DNA from: Octopus vulgaris | Lineage: Eukaryota | Assembly: GCA_951406725.2 (NCBI GenBank) | Contig: OX597814.1 | Coordinates: 166,966,001 to 167,030,000, forward strand | Direction: 5' to 3' | DNA length: 64,000 bases | In this document: one piece after another, positions 38,652-52,438 of the stretch | Numbering within the stretch: position 1 is the first letter of the stretch | Layout of the letters: every line of letters starts with the position of its first letter | Program-made: the position numbers and the translations under genes | The notes under the pieces: generated by a model | What the model saw: the letters and a program-made list of their open reading frames with translations, nothing else | Databases searched by the model: none | Told to the model about the DNA's origin: nothing

Positions 38652-41600
38652 TGCTTTACACCATCAGAAGGATTGATCTTAACACTTCTGCTGCAGGGTA
38701 TAAGTCTTCTTGAGTATGACCAGGCACCAGGTATCTCAGTCCTTTGCCATCTTGCTTGAAAGGTTCAGGTTCCTGAGGTCATTCTTCATCATCATTTTAA
38801 TGTCCACTTTCTCTTGCATGAGTTCGATGGAGTTTTTGATGGTGTAAAGCACTAATGACAGTGCCATGTAAAAGTGCCTGTGCAGCATCACAAAAAAGCA
38901 CCCATGTGGTACCAAGTAAAAGCATCCAGGACACTCTGTAAAGTAGAAGGGCATCCAGCCATAGAAACCATGCCAAATCAGACTGGAGTCTGATGCAGCC
39001 CCCAGCTCTGGTCAAACCCATGCCAGCATGGGCAACAGACATTAAATGATAAGCACCACTCAAGTGTGATCATTACCAGCATCAACTTCCACATTCGAGC
39101 GAGGTCGTTGACAGTGCCACTGGACTGGCTCCTGGGCAGGTGGCACATAAAAAATACCATTTGAGCGTGGCCATTGCCAGTACCGCCTGACTGACCCTCG
39201 TGCCGGTGGCACTTAAAAGCACCCACTACACTCTCGGAGTGGTTGGCATTAGGAAGACCATCCAGCTGTAGAAACTCGGCCAGATCAAGATTGGAGCCTG
39301 GTGCAGCCATCTGGTTCACCAGTCCTCAGCCAAATCGTTCAACCCTTGCTAACCTGGAAAGCAGATGTTAAACAATGATGATGATGATGATGATGGTGTG
39401 TGCGTGTGTCTTTGTCCTGATTCTCTGAGAGTTGCAAACAAGTGTCAGAGTCATGCAAGTGCTGTCATTCATTTCTAATTGTCCATTGAAACATGTCCAG
39501 TCATGGGAAATATCTACTACTTTGTTTGGAAACAAGTGAATGTTGATAACAGAAAGGGCGTCTTACCACACAGCCATGCCCATGCTTACAGACAAATTAG
39601 GATTGTTAAGATAAACAGAAAAAAACAAACAAAAAAAATCAAATTCAAATGACATGAAGAATAAAAATGAAAAAATTTTTTTAAAAGGATAAGTTTTAAA
39701 TATTTATTTAATTCTTGATATATCACTGATGTTAGTACATCATAACAAATAAAATTTCATAGTTAAAAATGTTTTAAATGAAAAATCTCTAATGAATACT
39801 TTTTTTTCTGTCAGTCTGCCATGCCAACAACCACATAAAAATTAAGATGAATAAGGAGGATTTTGAAGACAAACTTATGTTGATCTGATGTCAACAACAC
39901 AAAGCAACCTTGTATTTTTTGCTTAATTAATTAATTTATTCTATTTAGATTTCACTTTCTGTTCATATTCACTTACCTCTCAAATAAAACTAAGTTTACT
40001 TAATTATGTTTTAACAATTCAAATACTTGCCAGTACCTCCTCCTTATAGGGTGGAAGAAAAATATTTTGAAAAAATAAAACAAACAAAAAAGAAAAACAG
40101 TGTAATAAATTTAACAGTGCAGAAACTAAGTAAATGTCACAGTCACTCGCTCGTAATGGGGGAAATATCCTTAATATCTAGAGATACATCTGCAAAATCA
40201 AATATGTGTGTATATATATATATGCGTGTGTGTGTGTATGTCTCAAAAGGTAATCTATATATCCAGCTTCATATGTATGCCGTGTCAGAACACCAAATAC
40301 TCTCTTATAGGTGCTTGGAGCATATATATATATATATATATAAAATACTTTTCTTTTTGTTTAGAACAGAGGACTTCAAAGCACATAAAGCTATAAATAA
40401 TACTATGTAAAAATTGGGTTGAAAAACTCTTTTGGACAGAAAAAGCTCCATGTTGTTATTTACAGCTTTATGAGCTTCAAGATTCACTGTTCCAAAAGCA
40501 CAATTATTTCACATTCTCTCAAAAGTTTATAAATTTTTATGCCATCAACAATATATGTATGTAAGTAAGTATGCCTGTATGTATGTATGCATGCATGTAT
40601 ACACAAATACACTGATAAATACCTGTGTGTGCAATGGCAAATTGGAAACAAAATGTATGAAATTCACTCAAATTAATGTTTCTAGTGTTAACTATTGTTG
40701 GCAACATATCAGTATGACCATGAAAGTTTAAAAAAAAAAAAAAAGCTTTATGTGTTCAGAGAATACAGTAACAAAAACAGAGATTTAAATAACCTTAACA
40801 ACATTTGAACAATTTTTCAATAAAACAATTATTTTCATGAACTGTTAGAACATTTAATAATATAGCTAGATACTCAATGTAAACCTAACCATTTAATTAT
40901 GAAATGGGAGTAGATAATAAAACCTTTCATTAAGCTTCACTGAATATAATAACACAAAATTGCCAAGCTTCATGGCAATATATTTATTGTATGATTTTGG
41001 TTATTATGAACTATAAACTAAAAAAAACCATACACTAGTGTTGCACCTTTTAAAACAAAAGCCAGTTGCTCTCTTTGCTCTAGTCGATAAAAAACGAGAA
41101 AATAATGCACATGCACACACACATACACATAAAGAAAAAGAAATGGCAGACCTGCCTTCTCCACAAATATTTGTAACAATGTAAGAAGTTTTGCAACAAT
41201 GGTTGTTGAAATAGATTCTTACAACAGCAGTACTTTTCATTTAGTCTCAGTACCAACACTTTCTCGAATATTTTCAGCTGAAAAGCTGAATCAAATTAGC
41301 CATGCAAGTTAAAATTCCATTCTTGTTAAAATGACTTAATAACAACCAAAAACAAATAGAAATCAATATCTTAAACATTTTGGCAAATAAGAATATTATT
41401 AAATCAAATCTTTAACATTGTCTGAAAAATCAAAAAAAAAATAATAATAATAATAATAAACTGTAATTCCTTTTTCTACATATCATCAACAACAACTGGT
41501 CAAATTAACTTCAGACTAAGGTTGGGATAATATTGTAATATGAAAACTAGAAAATAATTAAAAGATGATGTAATATAAACCAGCCAAATCAATATTTCAA

Positions 41601-44600
41601 AGTAAAACCCAATGATAATTGAGATAGATTTATTAAAACAAATTTTTTCCGAAGATATATCCTCAACGGAGGAAGATATATAATAATAATAATGAAATTA
41701 TTGTATATAGTGCTTAGGTGACCACAACTCATCAAAGGTGCATGTATGGTACATAGAATTATGTACAAAAGTCAGGAAAGTGAACAGTGTATGAGTCATG
41801 ATATACATGTGTGCATGCGTATGGAGTGGGGAATATCAGGTGTAGTATTGGGGAATTTCAGGAAGCATGGAGGTTTTAAAAGATGCAATGTCTCGGCACA
41901 GAAGATCTGTCTATATTTACTTTTCCTTGTCACTAGTTAGCTGTGGGAAGATTATCATTAGCAAAGTAATATGTTAGAACCTAACTAAAATCAACAAACT
42001 GGGAGCTAAGTTAGGAAGGAAAAAACAAACAAACAAAAAAAAAACATTTTTCATAATAATATAATTGATAATCATTATTCTGATCTAAAATAAATGTGCC
42101 ACAAGTTATTAACCAAGACCATTCTAACAGGAAAAGTGTGAAAGGGAAGAGAGCAAAAGACTTGAAAACATTTGTGTGGGTTGATGACATCAAAGAATGG
42201 ATTTGAAACAAGAGTCTAACTGACTGTATGCATGCAATGCAATACAGAGGGAGCTGGAGAGTCTTGGTAAGCCAAACTCTATACTCAGAGAGAGCACCTG
42301 GCTGGTCATGAAAATAAATATATAAATAAACTGAGTGTATGTGGTGCTTTACATCCAATTTTTCTTGACAGAATGGATGGGATAGGTTTAATTAACTCAA
42401 TTGTTTTGGGGTTTTTTTTCACATAGGACACTTTTCTAACTGATGATCACTAACCCACAGAATGTTTTTTATGATTTTTTTTTCTTTGTGAGTGGGGCCA
42501 GAGGAAGAAATGTAGTCAGGCAAGCTGGCACAAACAGATTTATGGTGTCCTGTTCAAAGGCAAAAGCAGAATGGCTAAAATTAGTTAGTACTTGAGACCA
42601 TATGATCAGTGAGTAGTCCAGTATTTAAATCTCGCAAACATTGTACAAGACAAATTATTCCATTATTGATCAAGCTGTTGATACATAGAAGCAATCATTC
42701 AGCAAACCAAGGTATAAAAACTATAGTTTTTGGTTTAGTCTTCCAAAATCAGAGTAAACTTTGTTACAAAAAACTCCTGCTTAACACACACACATTCATT
42801 TACTGGTTTTAGTCATTGGACTGTGACAATGCTGAGGAACCATATTCTGGGGTATAGTTGAACATATTGACCCCAGTACACACATTTATTGAGTGATTTT
42901 ACCAACCTTGAAAGGATGAAAGGCTAAGTTGACCTGGGCAGGATTTGAACTCAGAATGTGAAGTGATGTAACCAATTACAAGCTATTTGGTTATGCACTT
43001 TCAATTTGGTCAAACTGCACACAATGTATACATATACACACATGCACATATACACACTTGCACACAAACAAACACATTTATACACATATATACATGTAAG
43101 TATTTGTTTTATATAAATGATATACTCTTGATCTTGCATAATTTTGTTAGAGTAAACAATATTTTGCTTTAGATGATGCTTCCTTTTCCTTGTTATAATT
43201 AGTCTTTGCCCTGCTAAAATTAATATTCTAAAAATTCGTCTTTAGAAATTATAACATCAGGTTTGCAAATGCTGAAGAGAACGAAAATCAAATTTGGTAA
43301 TTTCTACCTTTTATTTAGTTTATTTACAGAGTCAAGCAGTTACACTTCAAAACTCAGACTCAAAATCCTGGGAGCTTGTTGAATTCTGTTTTATAACGTT
43401 CGAACATATTTTAACAAAACCAGATATGTAATATTGAAGTCAGGCCTGTATTATACTTTTATTCATATTAATCAAATATTAAAGTGAAAAAAAAAAAAAA
43501 AATTAAACAAAAGTAAACTATGTAGTTTGTAACAGTTCATAAACATCAAGTTCATAAACATCAAGTTCATTTATCCACAAGAAAAAGAAAATATTCTTAT
43601 TTAATTGATTGTCACTTGATGGTTATTTTCTTCTTTACTATGTATGCAAACTGATATTTTCATTTTCTTCATTTTTATAGACTTGTTTCTGAAAACTTCT
43701 CTGGATTTCCTATTTACATAAAAATTATAGAACTTGTTTTGTTAAGTAATGTATAACACAAGAGAATGAAGTTGAAACAAACAAAACTAAGTCACCAGCT
43801 AGCATAATTAAAATCTTTAAATAAGATCACATTTCTTCAATTAACTCTTTCATTGTCATTTGTAACTTTAGTCAAAGTAGCAAGTAGACTGCTTTACATG
43901 ACTTGAATACAAGCAAGCTGCCCTATTAAACTACAGTTGAGTAAAAAATATTTGATTTTATTTGGTTTAATGAGCCGCCAAAAAAACTCCAGAAACCTTT
44001 ATTTTCAATTGCATGGCTGTTTTAACTGGTCATGGACTTGGTTTTAGTTTACTGAGATATGTATCACCTTCCCACTTTACTGGTCTAAATCAATAATATC
44101 AGCACAAGATCACAAATTTGGAGGGATATAAACAAATTGATTCCAGTATATTACTGGTATCTTGTTCACTGTACCCCTCCCCCAAAGGATGAAAGGCAAG
44201 GTTAAGACCAGCAAATATTCGCAAGCAGAATGCAAAGTGACATCACAGAAAACCACATAACCTGTGGTCATTGTAGCACTGAAAGTGTTAATAGACAGAT
44301 TGCTAACATTATTTAAATAAAAAGTACAAAATGATAATTAAAAAGGACTAGATAATGATCATTCAGTAATAATAAACCTATCTAATTTCTGAACAGAAAT
44401 ACTAACACTGATATAACACAACAGAATACATAAAAAAATTTTGCCTCAAGCAAGAATTTGTTTTAACAAATCAATTTTCTAAAAATAATTTATTAAAAAA
44501 ACTTGAGCTAATCTATTAAATCATTTGTTTTTAGTACTGGCACTTCAATTTGTTTTAAATTTACATTCCTGAGCAAGCTATATTTCATTGTAATATTTCC

Positions 44601-44831
44601 ATTTCTCAACAAATCATATATTTAAAACACACAGAATTATGAAGAGGGATAATGATATGTCATATCTGATTTACTCTTGGACAGTTCATTCAATTCAGGG
44701 AAAAAAACAAAAATAAAATAAATAAAATAAAACAATTTTATTTAAAGAGAAAAAAAATTTTTTAACCAAGGTGCAGAATCATTTCCTATTCTCCTTCATT
44801 AAAACATAAGTCTATGGTTTGTTGAAAATAT

Positions 44832-44884
<53 letters not shown>

Positions 44885-45171
44885 ATAATATGGAAATGTG
44901 GCACCAAATATGAGGAAAGTTAAAAGGGAGAAAACAAAAAAAAAATTAAAGAGTAAGTGAAAAAGAGACAGGGAAAGAAGCCTAGCTAGCTACCCAAACC
45001 TTCAAGGTAGCTTCCTAGCTTTCTCCACCCTCTTCTCTCTTTCTCAACACTCCTCCTATGTGTGCTTAGTGGTTTGATGGCATATTTAGGCCCATGGCAG
45101 AATGGTGGCCTGTGTTCATTTTACAACAGTCAGAAACATTATCCAAAGTTCAAATACTGATGCAAATACAC

Positions 45172-45286
45172 TCATCCCTTAGCTTGTTTTTGAATATGTT
45201 GAATGAATTCATAATAAGACATAGTTGATTCTGTTCGGTCTTCCACAAAATGCTGGAAAAACAAATTTTTTCGTTTGCTGTCTTCT
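45172..45286 (-). CDS. SEC24B: SEC24A/B-like last coding exon with stop codon
   Basis: (R)EDSKRKNLFFQHFVEDRTESTMSYYEFIQHIQKQAKG*; typical Sec24 C-terminal EDRTES..SYYEF motif; TGA at 45172-45174. Confidence 0.94.
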
Positions 45287-45558
45287 CTGAAATAAACAAA
45301 CGGAAAAAAAAAACCCATTTAATTAGTTGAACACTCAGAAGATATACACAATCAGAACAAACATTATATGTTTACTGTGTAATTGCTTAGAATAGTATCA
45401 TGGAAATATGTAAAGAAATACCAGAGAATTTTTAATAAAGAAAAAAAAAAGATATAAATAAAGCTATTTCATTATCTTAATTGTCTTTGTAATTATCTTA
45501 AATGTTGAATTATAGCTTATTTTCCAGCAATCATTCCCAAACAGTTAATAGTTCTTAC

Positions 45559-45662
45559 CGAAGTATGATAAAGCTACAACCATAAGGCCGAGAATCCATT
45601 AAACTGTAAATGAACAAGTGCAGTCTTTCTGATGTAGGATTGTCCCGTTCTGGCAAGGAAGT
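45559..45662 (-). CDS. SEC24B: SEC24A/B-like penultimate coding exon
   Basis: TSLPERDNPTSERLHLFIYSLMDSRPYGCSFIIL(R); AAG acceptor, GTAAGA donor, phase 2. Confidence 0.9.
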
Positions 45663-46664
45663 CTTTGTAAAGAAAGAAGGAAAATTATAAACATGTATTG
45701 TTATGTTACTCAACAAGAATTTTTGACAAAGAACAACTTTATTTTTACACCATATGCCCAGAGGCATATGGCGTAGTGGTTAACAGCATGGGCTACTAAC
45801 CCCAAGATTCCGAGTTCAATTCCAAGCAGTGATAATAATAATAACAACAACAACAACTTTATTATTTGAAGAAATGAATTATCTGATATAAAAATAGAAT
45901 TGTAGCAAAACTGCTATAAGCATTTTATAAACAAATAAAAAGGAAAAAGACTACCTCATATCTTCTTCCTTCTTACATGCAAATATTCATGAATTTCAGT
46001 CCAACCATGACTACCATCCAATATATTTTAGTCACATAAAACCATACACCTTATTCATCACTAAAACCTAAATCTCAACTTTTATCTCAAACATATCTCA
46101 GCTTCAAGCCATCCTTGAACTGTTTTCCAAAAGGAGGTGTTTGTGCTTATATAGAATCTATTCTGTCTTATATATATTAAGAAAACAAATCTCTACTTAC
46201 ATTGGCATACAGTCCCTTTTTGTCATACCTACAAGTCCATTTGCTCTCTCTACCACTCTCTCAACTCCTCCAACCATCATCAACTGTGTAAGTAACTACC
46301 ATCCTGTACTGAGAACATTTTTGCTATCCTCATTGAAATCATTGCTCTTTGTGATTCAATTCATGCACCTCTTGCCTCTCTCACTCCCCATGTTAACATT
46401 GCTGGTATACATACTAGCATACTGCCACCATCAACTATCTGCATTAGTTAGTCATATCACAAACACAAGGTCTGTCCAAAACAGAAACTGGACTTTTAAA
46501 ACATCATACCAAACATCTGGCACAGTATTCTTGCAACAGCAATGCTGTGCACAGGAGACCTTGACCTACAGTTCAATTATCAGCTACATCAGTTAGTCAT
46601 TGATCTACACATACTAGAGCGATTGTATATTTAGTACATTTGGTGATTTGTCACAAGTTGAACA

Positions 46665-47015
46665 ATGAAGGGTTTGGAAGAGCAACAGATTTCAAATTGT
46701 TTAAAATTGGAAAAAAAACTTTTGCAGAAATTTTTCTAATGTTGCAACAGACCTATGGTGGGAATTATTTGAGCTGTGAACAATGCCACAATCGATGCCA
46801 GCATTTCAAATTAGGAAGAACATCTCCGCTTAAAGATGGTCTCAAAATCTGGATGACGCTCCACAACAATAACAATGATTATATCAACAATGTGCATACT
46901 GTGATACATGAAAACTGTTGCCTGATTCTCCATGTAGTTGCTGAAGAAGTAGGCATTTATAGAAGTTCATACCACATGATTTTAAAAGAAAAATTAAAGA
47001 TGCATCATGTCGCCA
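46665..47015 (+). mobile_element. Decayed mariner N-terminal fragment in a Sec24 intron
   Basis: FKIGKKTFAEIFLMLQQTYG...FKLGRTS...VAEEVGI...ILKEKLKMHHVA. Confidence 0.7.
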
Positions 47016-47666
47016 CTCACCACATTTGCTGTTCATTTCACTTACAATTTGATATAAACCTTGCTAAACTCACCCTCTAAAAACTATCTGCTTTACTATT
47101 GTATGCAATTATTTATTGTGAAAACTCCTTAAACCTACAAAGGTTTGCTTAAGTAACTACACAGCTAATTCAACATCCTAGAAATAGCAACTAAAGCTCC
47201 CTCAGATCGCAAATTAACACCTTAGAAAAAGAAAGAACACATTAGATAATGTGGTTATTGACATTCAAAAAAGTTAAGATAGTCATAGCTGAAATATCTC
47301 TGATGATAAATCTACTTGATGAAGGCTGAACTAGAGCTAAACAACAATTTCTGTACTCATTCTGCCAAAAAAGGCAACTAGTCCTGAAGGAATTTCTGCT
47401 ATCACCCTCAAACAGTATGCTTCTGAGATAACCCTTACTGTCACTAATTCTTTAATGTTTCCCTCCCCAAGGATATCAACTAATGAAATGTGCAATGTCT
47501 TCCACCTATAAGAAGTGCAACCCTTCTTATCTGACAAGGAAAAAAAAATTATGCATAAATGTTGTAAGCTGTTAGAACTTTCAAAATAACAAAGAGTTGT
47601 TACTTGAAGGATGTAAATTGATAGTAAATAATAAACACTTCATTAGAAAACAGAATGAATACTTAC

Positions 47667-47864
47667 CAGTCCATCACATAGCGAAGAGAAATCAGGCTTA
47701 TCAAAAACGTCCTGACAGAACCGATCACTAATAGCACCACCAATGAATAGAATCATAGAGTCAACTACATCTAATAAATAGGCACCATGTCTGTCCAAAT
47801 TGGCTGCTGACAGCTGTAGTACAGGTGCCCAAGGAACACTATTACCACCCCGATCAGTCACGTG
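47667..47864 (-). CDS. SEC24B: SEC24A/B-like exon (gelsolin-like domain)
   Basis: HVTDRGGNSVPWAPVLQLSAANLDRHGAYLLDVVDSMILFIG...DGL; CAG acceptor, GTAAGT donor. Confidence 0.92.
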
Positions 47865-48198
47865 CTGCAAAAGAATAAACAGAAATACCAATCACTTACA
47901 TGCCAAATTCAAAGCATTATAATTTACAAATTACACACCTTCAATGAATAAATAAAAGGTCAACAAAATTTGTTATTTGATGTATGGAGGTTGTAGTGGC
48001 AGACCAGAAAGGGAGAGATGAAAGGGTGTTGTGGTGGTTGTGTGATTAAGAAGTTTGCTTCACAGCCACATGGTTTCAGGTTCAGTCCCTGTGAGCACTC
48101 TTTGGACAAACATATATATACATATGCAGCCATCTGGTTCACCAGACCTCAGTCAAATCGCCCAACCCATGCTAGCATGGAAAGCGGACAATAAATGA

Positions 48199-48236
<38 letters not shown>

Positions 48237-48480
48237 CACACATACATATTTACATACATACATCTGGATGTACATATGATTAGTGTCTCATTTACATCCT
48301 GGTAACTTATCAGTTCAGCAAAAGAGAGACTGATAGAATAGCTGTCAGATATAAAAAAATTTTCTGGAGTCAATTTCATGTACTACAACCTTTCTATTTG
48401 GTGTACAGCATAGTCGCAGCCCAAAGGCTGAAACAAATAAAAGATTATAGGAATAAAAGAACAAGAATTAGAATACTAAC

Positions 48481-48615
48481 CTCATCATCCAAGTTATGTA
48501 CAGGATAAAGATTAGGGTATATTTTTTGTAACAAATAACACATTGGAAGTGTCTTGCACTGCTCCATAGCACACACTCGTTCATCAAGGCTGACATGTGA
48601 ACTCCGGAATGCCTT
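48481..48615 (-). CDS. SEC24B: SEC24A/B-like exon
   Basis: KAFRSSHVSLDERVCAMEQCKTLPMCYLLQKIYPNLYPVHNLDDE; CAG acceptor, GTTAGT donor. Confidence 0.93.
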
Positions 48616-48713
48616 CTGCAAGAAAATAATTCCATACAAATGTAGGATTAAGCACTGACAGAATGAAAATGTAAACAGTTAAATCAATTTATTCAGATTC
48701 TTAAATCATGAAG

Positions 48714-49300
48714 AACAAGAGCACTCAGAGAGTGCAAATCTCTGCCAAGGCAACACCAAAGTCCTCTCAACGATTAGAAAGAGGTGATTTTTAAAATGAG
48801 AATATCTGAAATAAACTCGACTGCTCTCACAAACAAGAGTACTAAAAATGAACCTGACCGCTCTTAAAAATTAAGTAAAAACACCGGAAAAATAATCTAG
48901 AATCCTTGTCCAGTACCTAATTGATCCCAATGGTAGTCATGAAATGTGAAGGTGGCTGTAGAAAATTTAGTAACAGTAATAAATAGTTTATCCTTATCTA
49001 ATACAAGCCAAAGTTAAGAAAATCGCCATTCGAAATAGTTACAGCTTAAAGGGAGATAATTGAGAAAGACTTGAAAGTTAACATAAGATCGTAATAATAT
49101 AAAGTAAATATAACAAATAATCCAGAATCCTTGTCTGGATCGATCCCAAAATCTAATCAGTTCATGCCAGCTATGAGGCCAAACATCGCTGAAAGTGTCA
49201 TCCAAATCCATCAAGCAGTTCATGAGATATCTTGTCTATGGTCAAACAAACAAACACGACTCAAAGCAATACCTCCGCCTTCGCTAAGGCAGAGGTAATA
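48714..49300 (+). mobile_element. Helentron/HINE-like non-autonomous element
   Basis: 5' ACAAGAGCACTCAGAGAGTGC..CTCTGCCAAGG subterminal motif; internal repeats; (CAAA)n; 3' hairpin TACCTCCGCCTT-CGCT-AAGGCAGAGGTA. Confidence 0.6.
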
Positions 49301-49349
49301 AAATATCTTTACATCTTATGGTCGTCATATTGTAAAATTGGCTAGATGA

Positions 49350-49752
49350 CATTCTTTTCTACACCAGGCACAAGGCCCAAAATTTTGGGGGAGGGGGGTC
49401 AGTCGATTAAATTGATCCCAGTACGCAAATGGTACTTAATTTATTGACCTCGAAAGGATGAAAGGCAAAGTCAGCCTCAGCAGAATTTAAACTCAGAACG
49501 TAAAGACAGACGAAATACCTATTTCTTTACTACCCACAAGGGGCTAAACACAGAGAGGACAAACAAAGACAGACAAATGGATTAAGTTGATTATATCGAC
49601 CCCAGTGCATAACTGGTACTTATTTAATCGACTCCGAAAGGATGAAAGGCATAGTCAACCTCGGCGGAATTTGAACTCAGAACGTAACGGCAGATAAAAT
49701 ACCGCTAAGCATTTCGTCCGGCGTGCTAACATTTCTGCCACCTTACCGCCTT
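49350..49752 (-). mobile_element. SINE with internally duplicated body
   Basis: Two GAAAGGATGAAAGGC...AACTCAGAACG units; short ATTGGCTA direct repeats flank it. Confidence 0.85.
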
Positions 49753-49963
49753 ATTGGCTAAACAACATTAAGAAACATATGCATCGTCTTATTTCAATAA
49801 GAATTTTTTTTTTTTTTAAATATGAAACAAGAGATGTTATTTATCAATATAGAAAGATGCTGTTTTCACATATTTTCATAAAAAATAATTTATTCATTCA
49901 TTTCTCTAAAAAATTTTTTATAACTTACTTTAGTCGCAATTTCAAAGAATTTAAATCACTTAC

Positions 49964-50142
49964 ACTTTTTAGTAAACTCAACACATACAGTGGTAACAGA
50001 CGCAAAGAATAAGGACAAAGCAAGTTTCCTATTCTGCTGGCAGATGACTGTGATGATGCATATGAAGAAAGGGCATCCACTGCAGCGATGATGAGAGCAT
50101 CTTGTGCATCTCCCAGGGAGCTACTCAGGGTACGGTCCACAG
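49964..50142 (-). CDS. SEC24B: SEC24A/B-like exon (helical domain)
   Basis: AVDRTLSSSLGDAQDALI...CPYSLRLLPLYVLSLLKS; CAG acceptor, GTAAGT donor. Confidence 0.95.
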
Positions 50143-50352
50143 CTGAAAGTAGAGGTTTAAAAATTACACATTTGAAACATCACAGCAGGAACATTAATTA
50201 GGGATAAATTTGTTTATTGGTCTCATAAATGTGTATGTGGCTGTGTGCATGTGTCTATATGTCTATATATATATATATATATATATAATAATTTTTTGCA
50301 TAATGAGATAAAAAAACCAAGGCTGTGTAGATATTAGAACATTTATAGATAG

Positions 50353-50404
50353 GTCTTACAGCTGTTTCCAGGATATTTATTTATTATATCCCTTCATCGG
50401 AGAC
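50353..50404 (-). ncRNA. Minimal type-I hammerhead ribozyme motif (downstream copy)
   Basis: GUCU-CCGAUGA-A-GGGAUAU(9 nt)AUAUCCU-G-GAAAC-AGCU-GUA-AGAC. Confidence 0.6.
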
Positions 50405-50548
50405 GGTGTCAGAGGATGATTAAGTAATACTTAATTTAGCTAGTAATACTTAATTTATATATATATATATCTTAGACAAAATGAGATAACAAAGTCTAGG
50501 CTGTGAGGAGTTTTCAGGACATTTATAAGGAAAAATATATAGATATGT

Positions 50549-50594
50549 TCTTACAGCTGTTTCTGAGATATCATGGACATCTCTTCATCAGAGA
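50549..50594 (-). ncRNA. Minimal type-I hammerhead ribozyme motif (upstream copy)
   Basis: UCU-CUGAUGA-A-GAGAUGUC(CAU)GAUAUCUC-A-GAAAC-AGCU-GUA-AGA. Confidence 0.62.
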
Positions 50595-51254
50595 TAATAT
50601 GGGTTGTTAAATAGAGGTAAATATTTGAGCTTGAAATAAAGAATTATTATGGAAAAGGAGGAGATAGGGAATATAGAGGGAAATAAGAGAATGAAAGCAG
50701 AAATAAAATATAAAATATTGTAGTTGCAGTTCCATTATTCAAACTGCATATATAATCATCATCATTTAGTGTCTGCTTTCCAGGCTGGCATGGGTTAGAC
50801 AGTTTGACTGAAACTGATAAGCTGGGGAGCTGTACCAGGTTTCAATCTGATTTGGCATTCCAAGATTGTAATGAGTGCATTTTACGTCCCACCAGCACAA
50901 ATACCAGTTACAAAGTATCATGCCAGTACCCATATCATCATCGTTGTTTAACATCCACTTTCCATGCTGGCATGGGTTGGATGGCTTGACTGAGGACTAG
51001 CAAGCTGGGAGACTGCACCAGGCTCCAATCTGATTTGGCAAAGTTTCTACAGTTGGGTGCCCTTCCTAATGCCAACCACACTGAGGGTGTAGTGAGTGCT
51101 TTTTACATGCCACCATCACAGAAGCTACTCAGGTGACACTGGCATCAACCATGTACGAATGGTGCCTTTTATGTGTCACCGGCACGGGTGCCAAGCAGAC
51201 ATCATTAGCATCGGTCACGCTCAAATGGCACTTTTTACATGTCACTGGCACAGG

Positions 51255-51304
<50 letters not shown>

Positions 51305-52438
51305 GTGCAGACATGATTGAATGGCTCAGAAGTTTTACTTCACAACAGTGAGGTCTTGAAGATAATCCTACAGTGCAGTCATATCCATAAATCAACCCAA
51401 ATCTTGTGAATGAAACTGAATACATGAAAAGTGTGGAAGCCTGTTAGATGAACTACTTTGATTATTGAATACATTTACCAGGTACTATTCGATGTGTTAC
51501 ATACTAGTCAAGCTATAGGTTATATGATAAATAAAATACGTTTCATTAAAAATTAAAATAATCAAGTACAAAAAAGAAAGCAATACAATTTCTTTCAAAT
51601 TTCTTTTAACGATTTTAATAGATGTAAAATCAAGACAATGGGGGAAAAAAGGGTTTCGCTGAGTCATTAACACATTTTTAGTTCAAAAGTAAAAGATTAA
51701 TGACTTATTTATTTTCAAAATTATAAAAACCATTACCAATTTCCTTAAAAAGTATACCAGGGTGTATCTCCTTTTCAGCTAAACAATATAGCACCATGGA
51801 AGACAACTTTGTCCTCAGACTATTCCAATAAAACTCCTAACTCCTACAACATTTATGCCCAGCAGTCAAAGACTGCCACTGTCCACCCCTGGGTAGTTAA
51901 ATCTCTTCCTATATTAAGGAAATGCATAAACTCCCAAACACAGTAAGGATGTCTCTGCTTACAGCAGTGAAGACTCTGGACAGTAGTAGCTCTGAATAAA
52001 TAAAGACCAACAGAGGGTAGAAGTGATATTTTAGTTGTCATAGATAACCTCTCTAGTGCCAGTGGCATGATCAAATACACCAATTCTACATTGTGAAGTG
52101 GTTGATGACAGGAAAGGCTTCTAGCTGTTTAAAAAAAATGGCCAAAATATTGAGATGCACACAAAAGAATTAGCCAGTTTTTCTTTACAGCTTCGTGTGC
52201 CAGATGAAAAGGGTCATACCAAGTGGAACCAGCTAACTCATGCCAGCATGGAAAATATGGACATATATGATTTACATTTGTTAACTTTTTTCATAAAAAT
52301 TTTATATTGTATTTCACTTAAGCTTTAAAAAAGTCAAATAATCATTTCTAATTTTCTAAATGGTCTCAACTTACATATTTTCTTGCCAATTTGATATCAT
52401 ATAGATCTGGAAATGGAAATGAAAAATACAAAACTTAC

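Noticed and set aside
45763-45832. tRNA-like sequence with A and B boxes (similar ones at 19454-19520 and 7700-7765)
   Set aside because: No proper acceptor stem or cloverleaf; best explained as SINE heads.
46141-46596. 151-aa plus-strand ORF in a Sec24 intron
   Set aside because: Non-ATG start, no motif, and it overlaps decayed repeat-like sequence.
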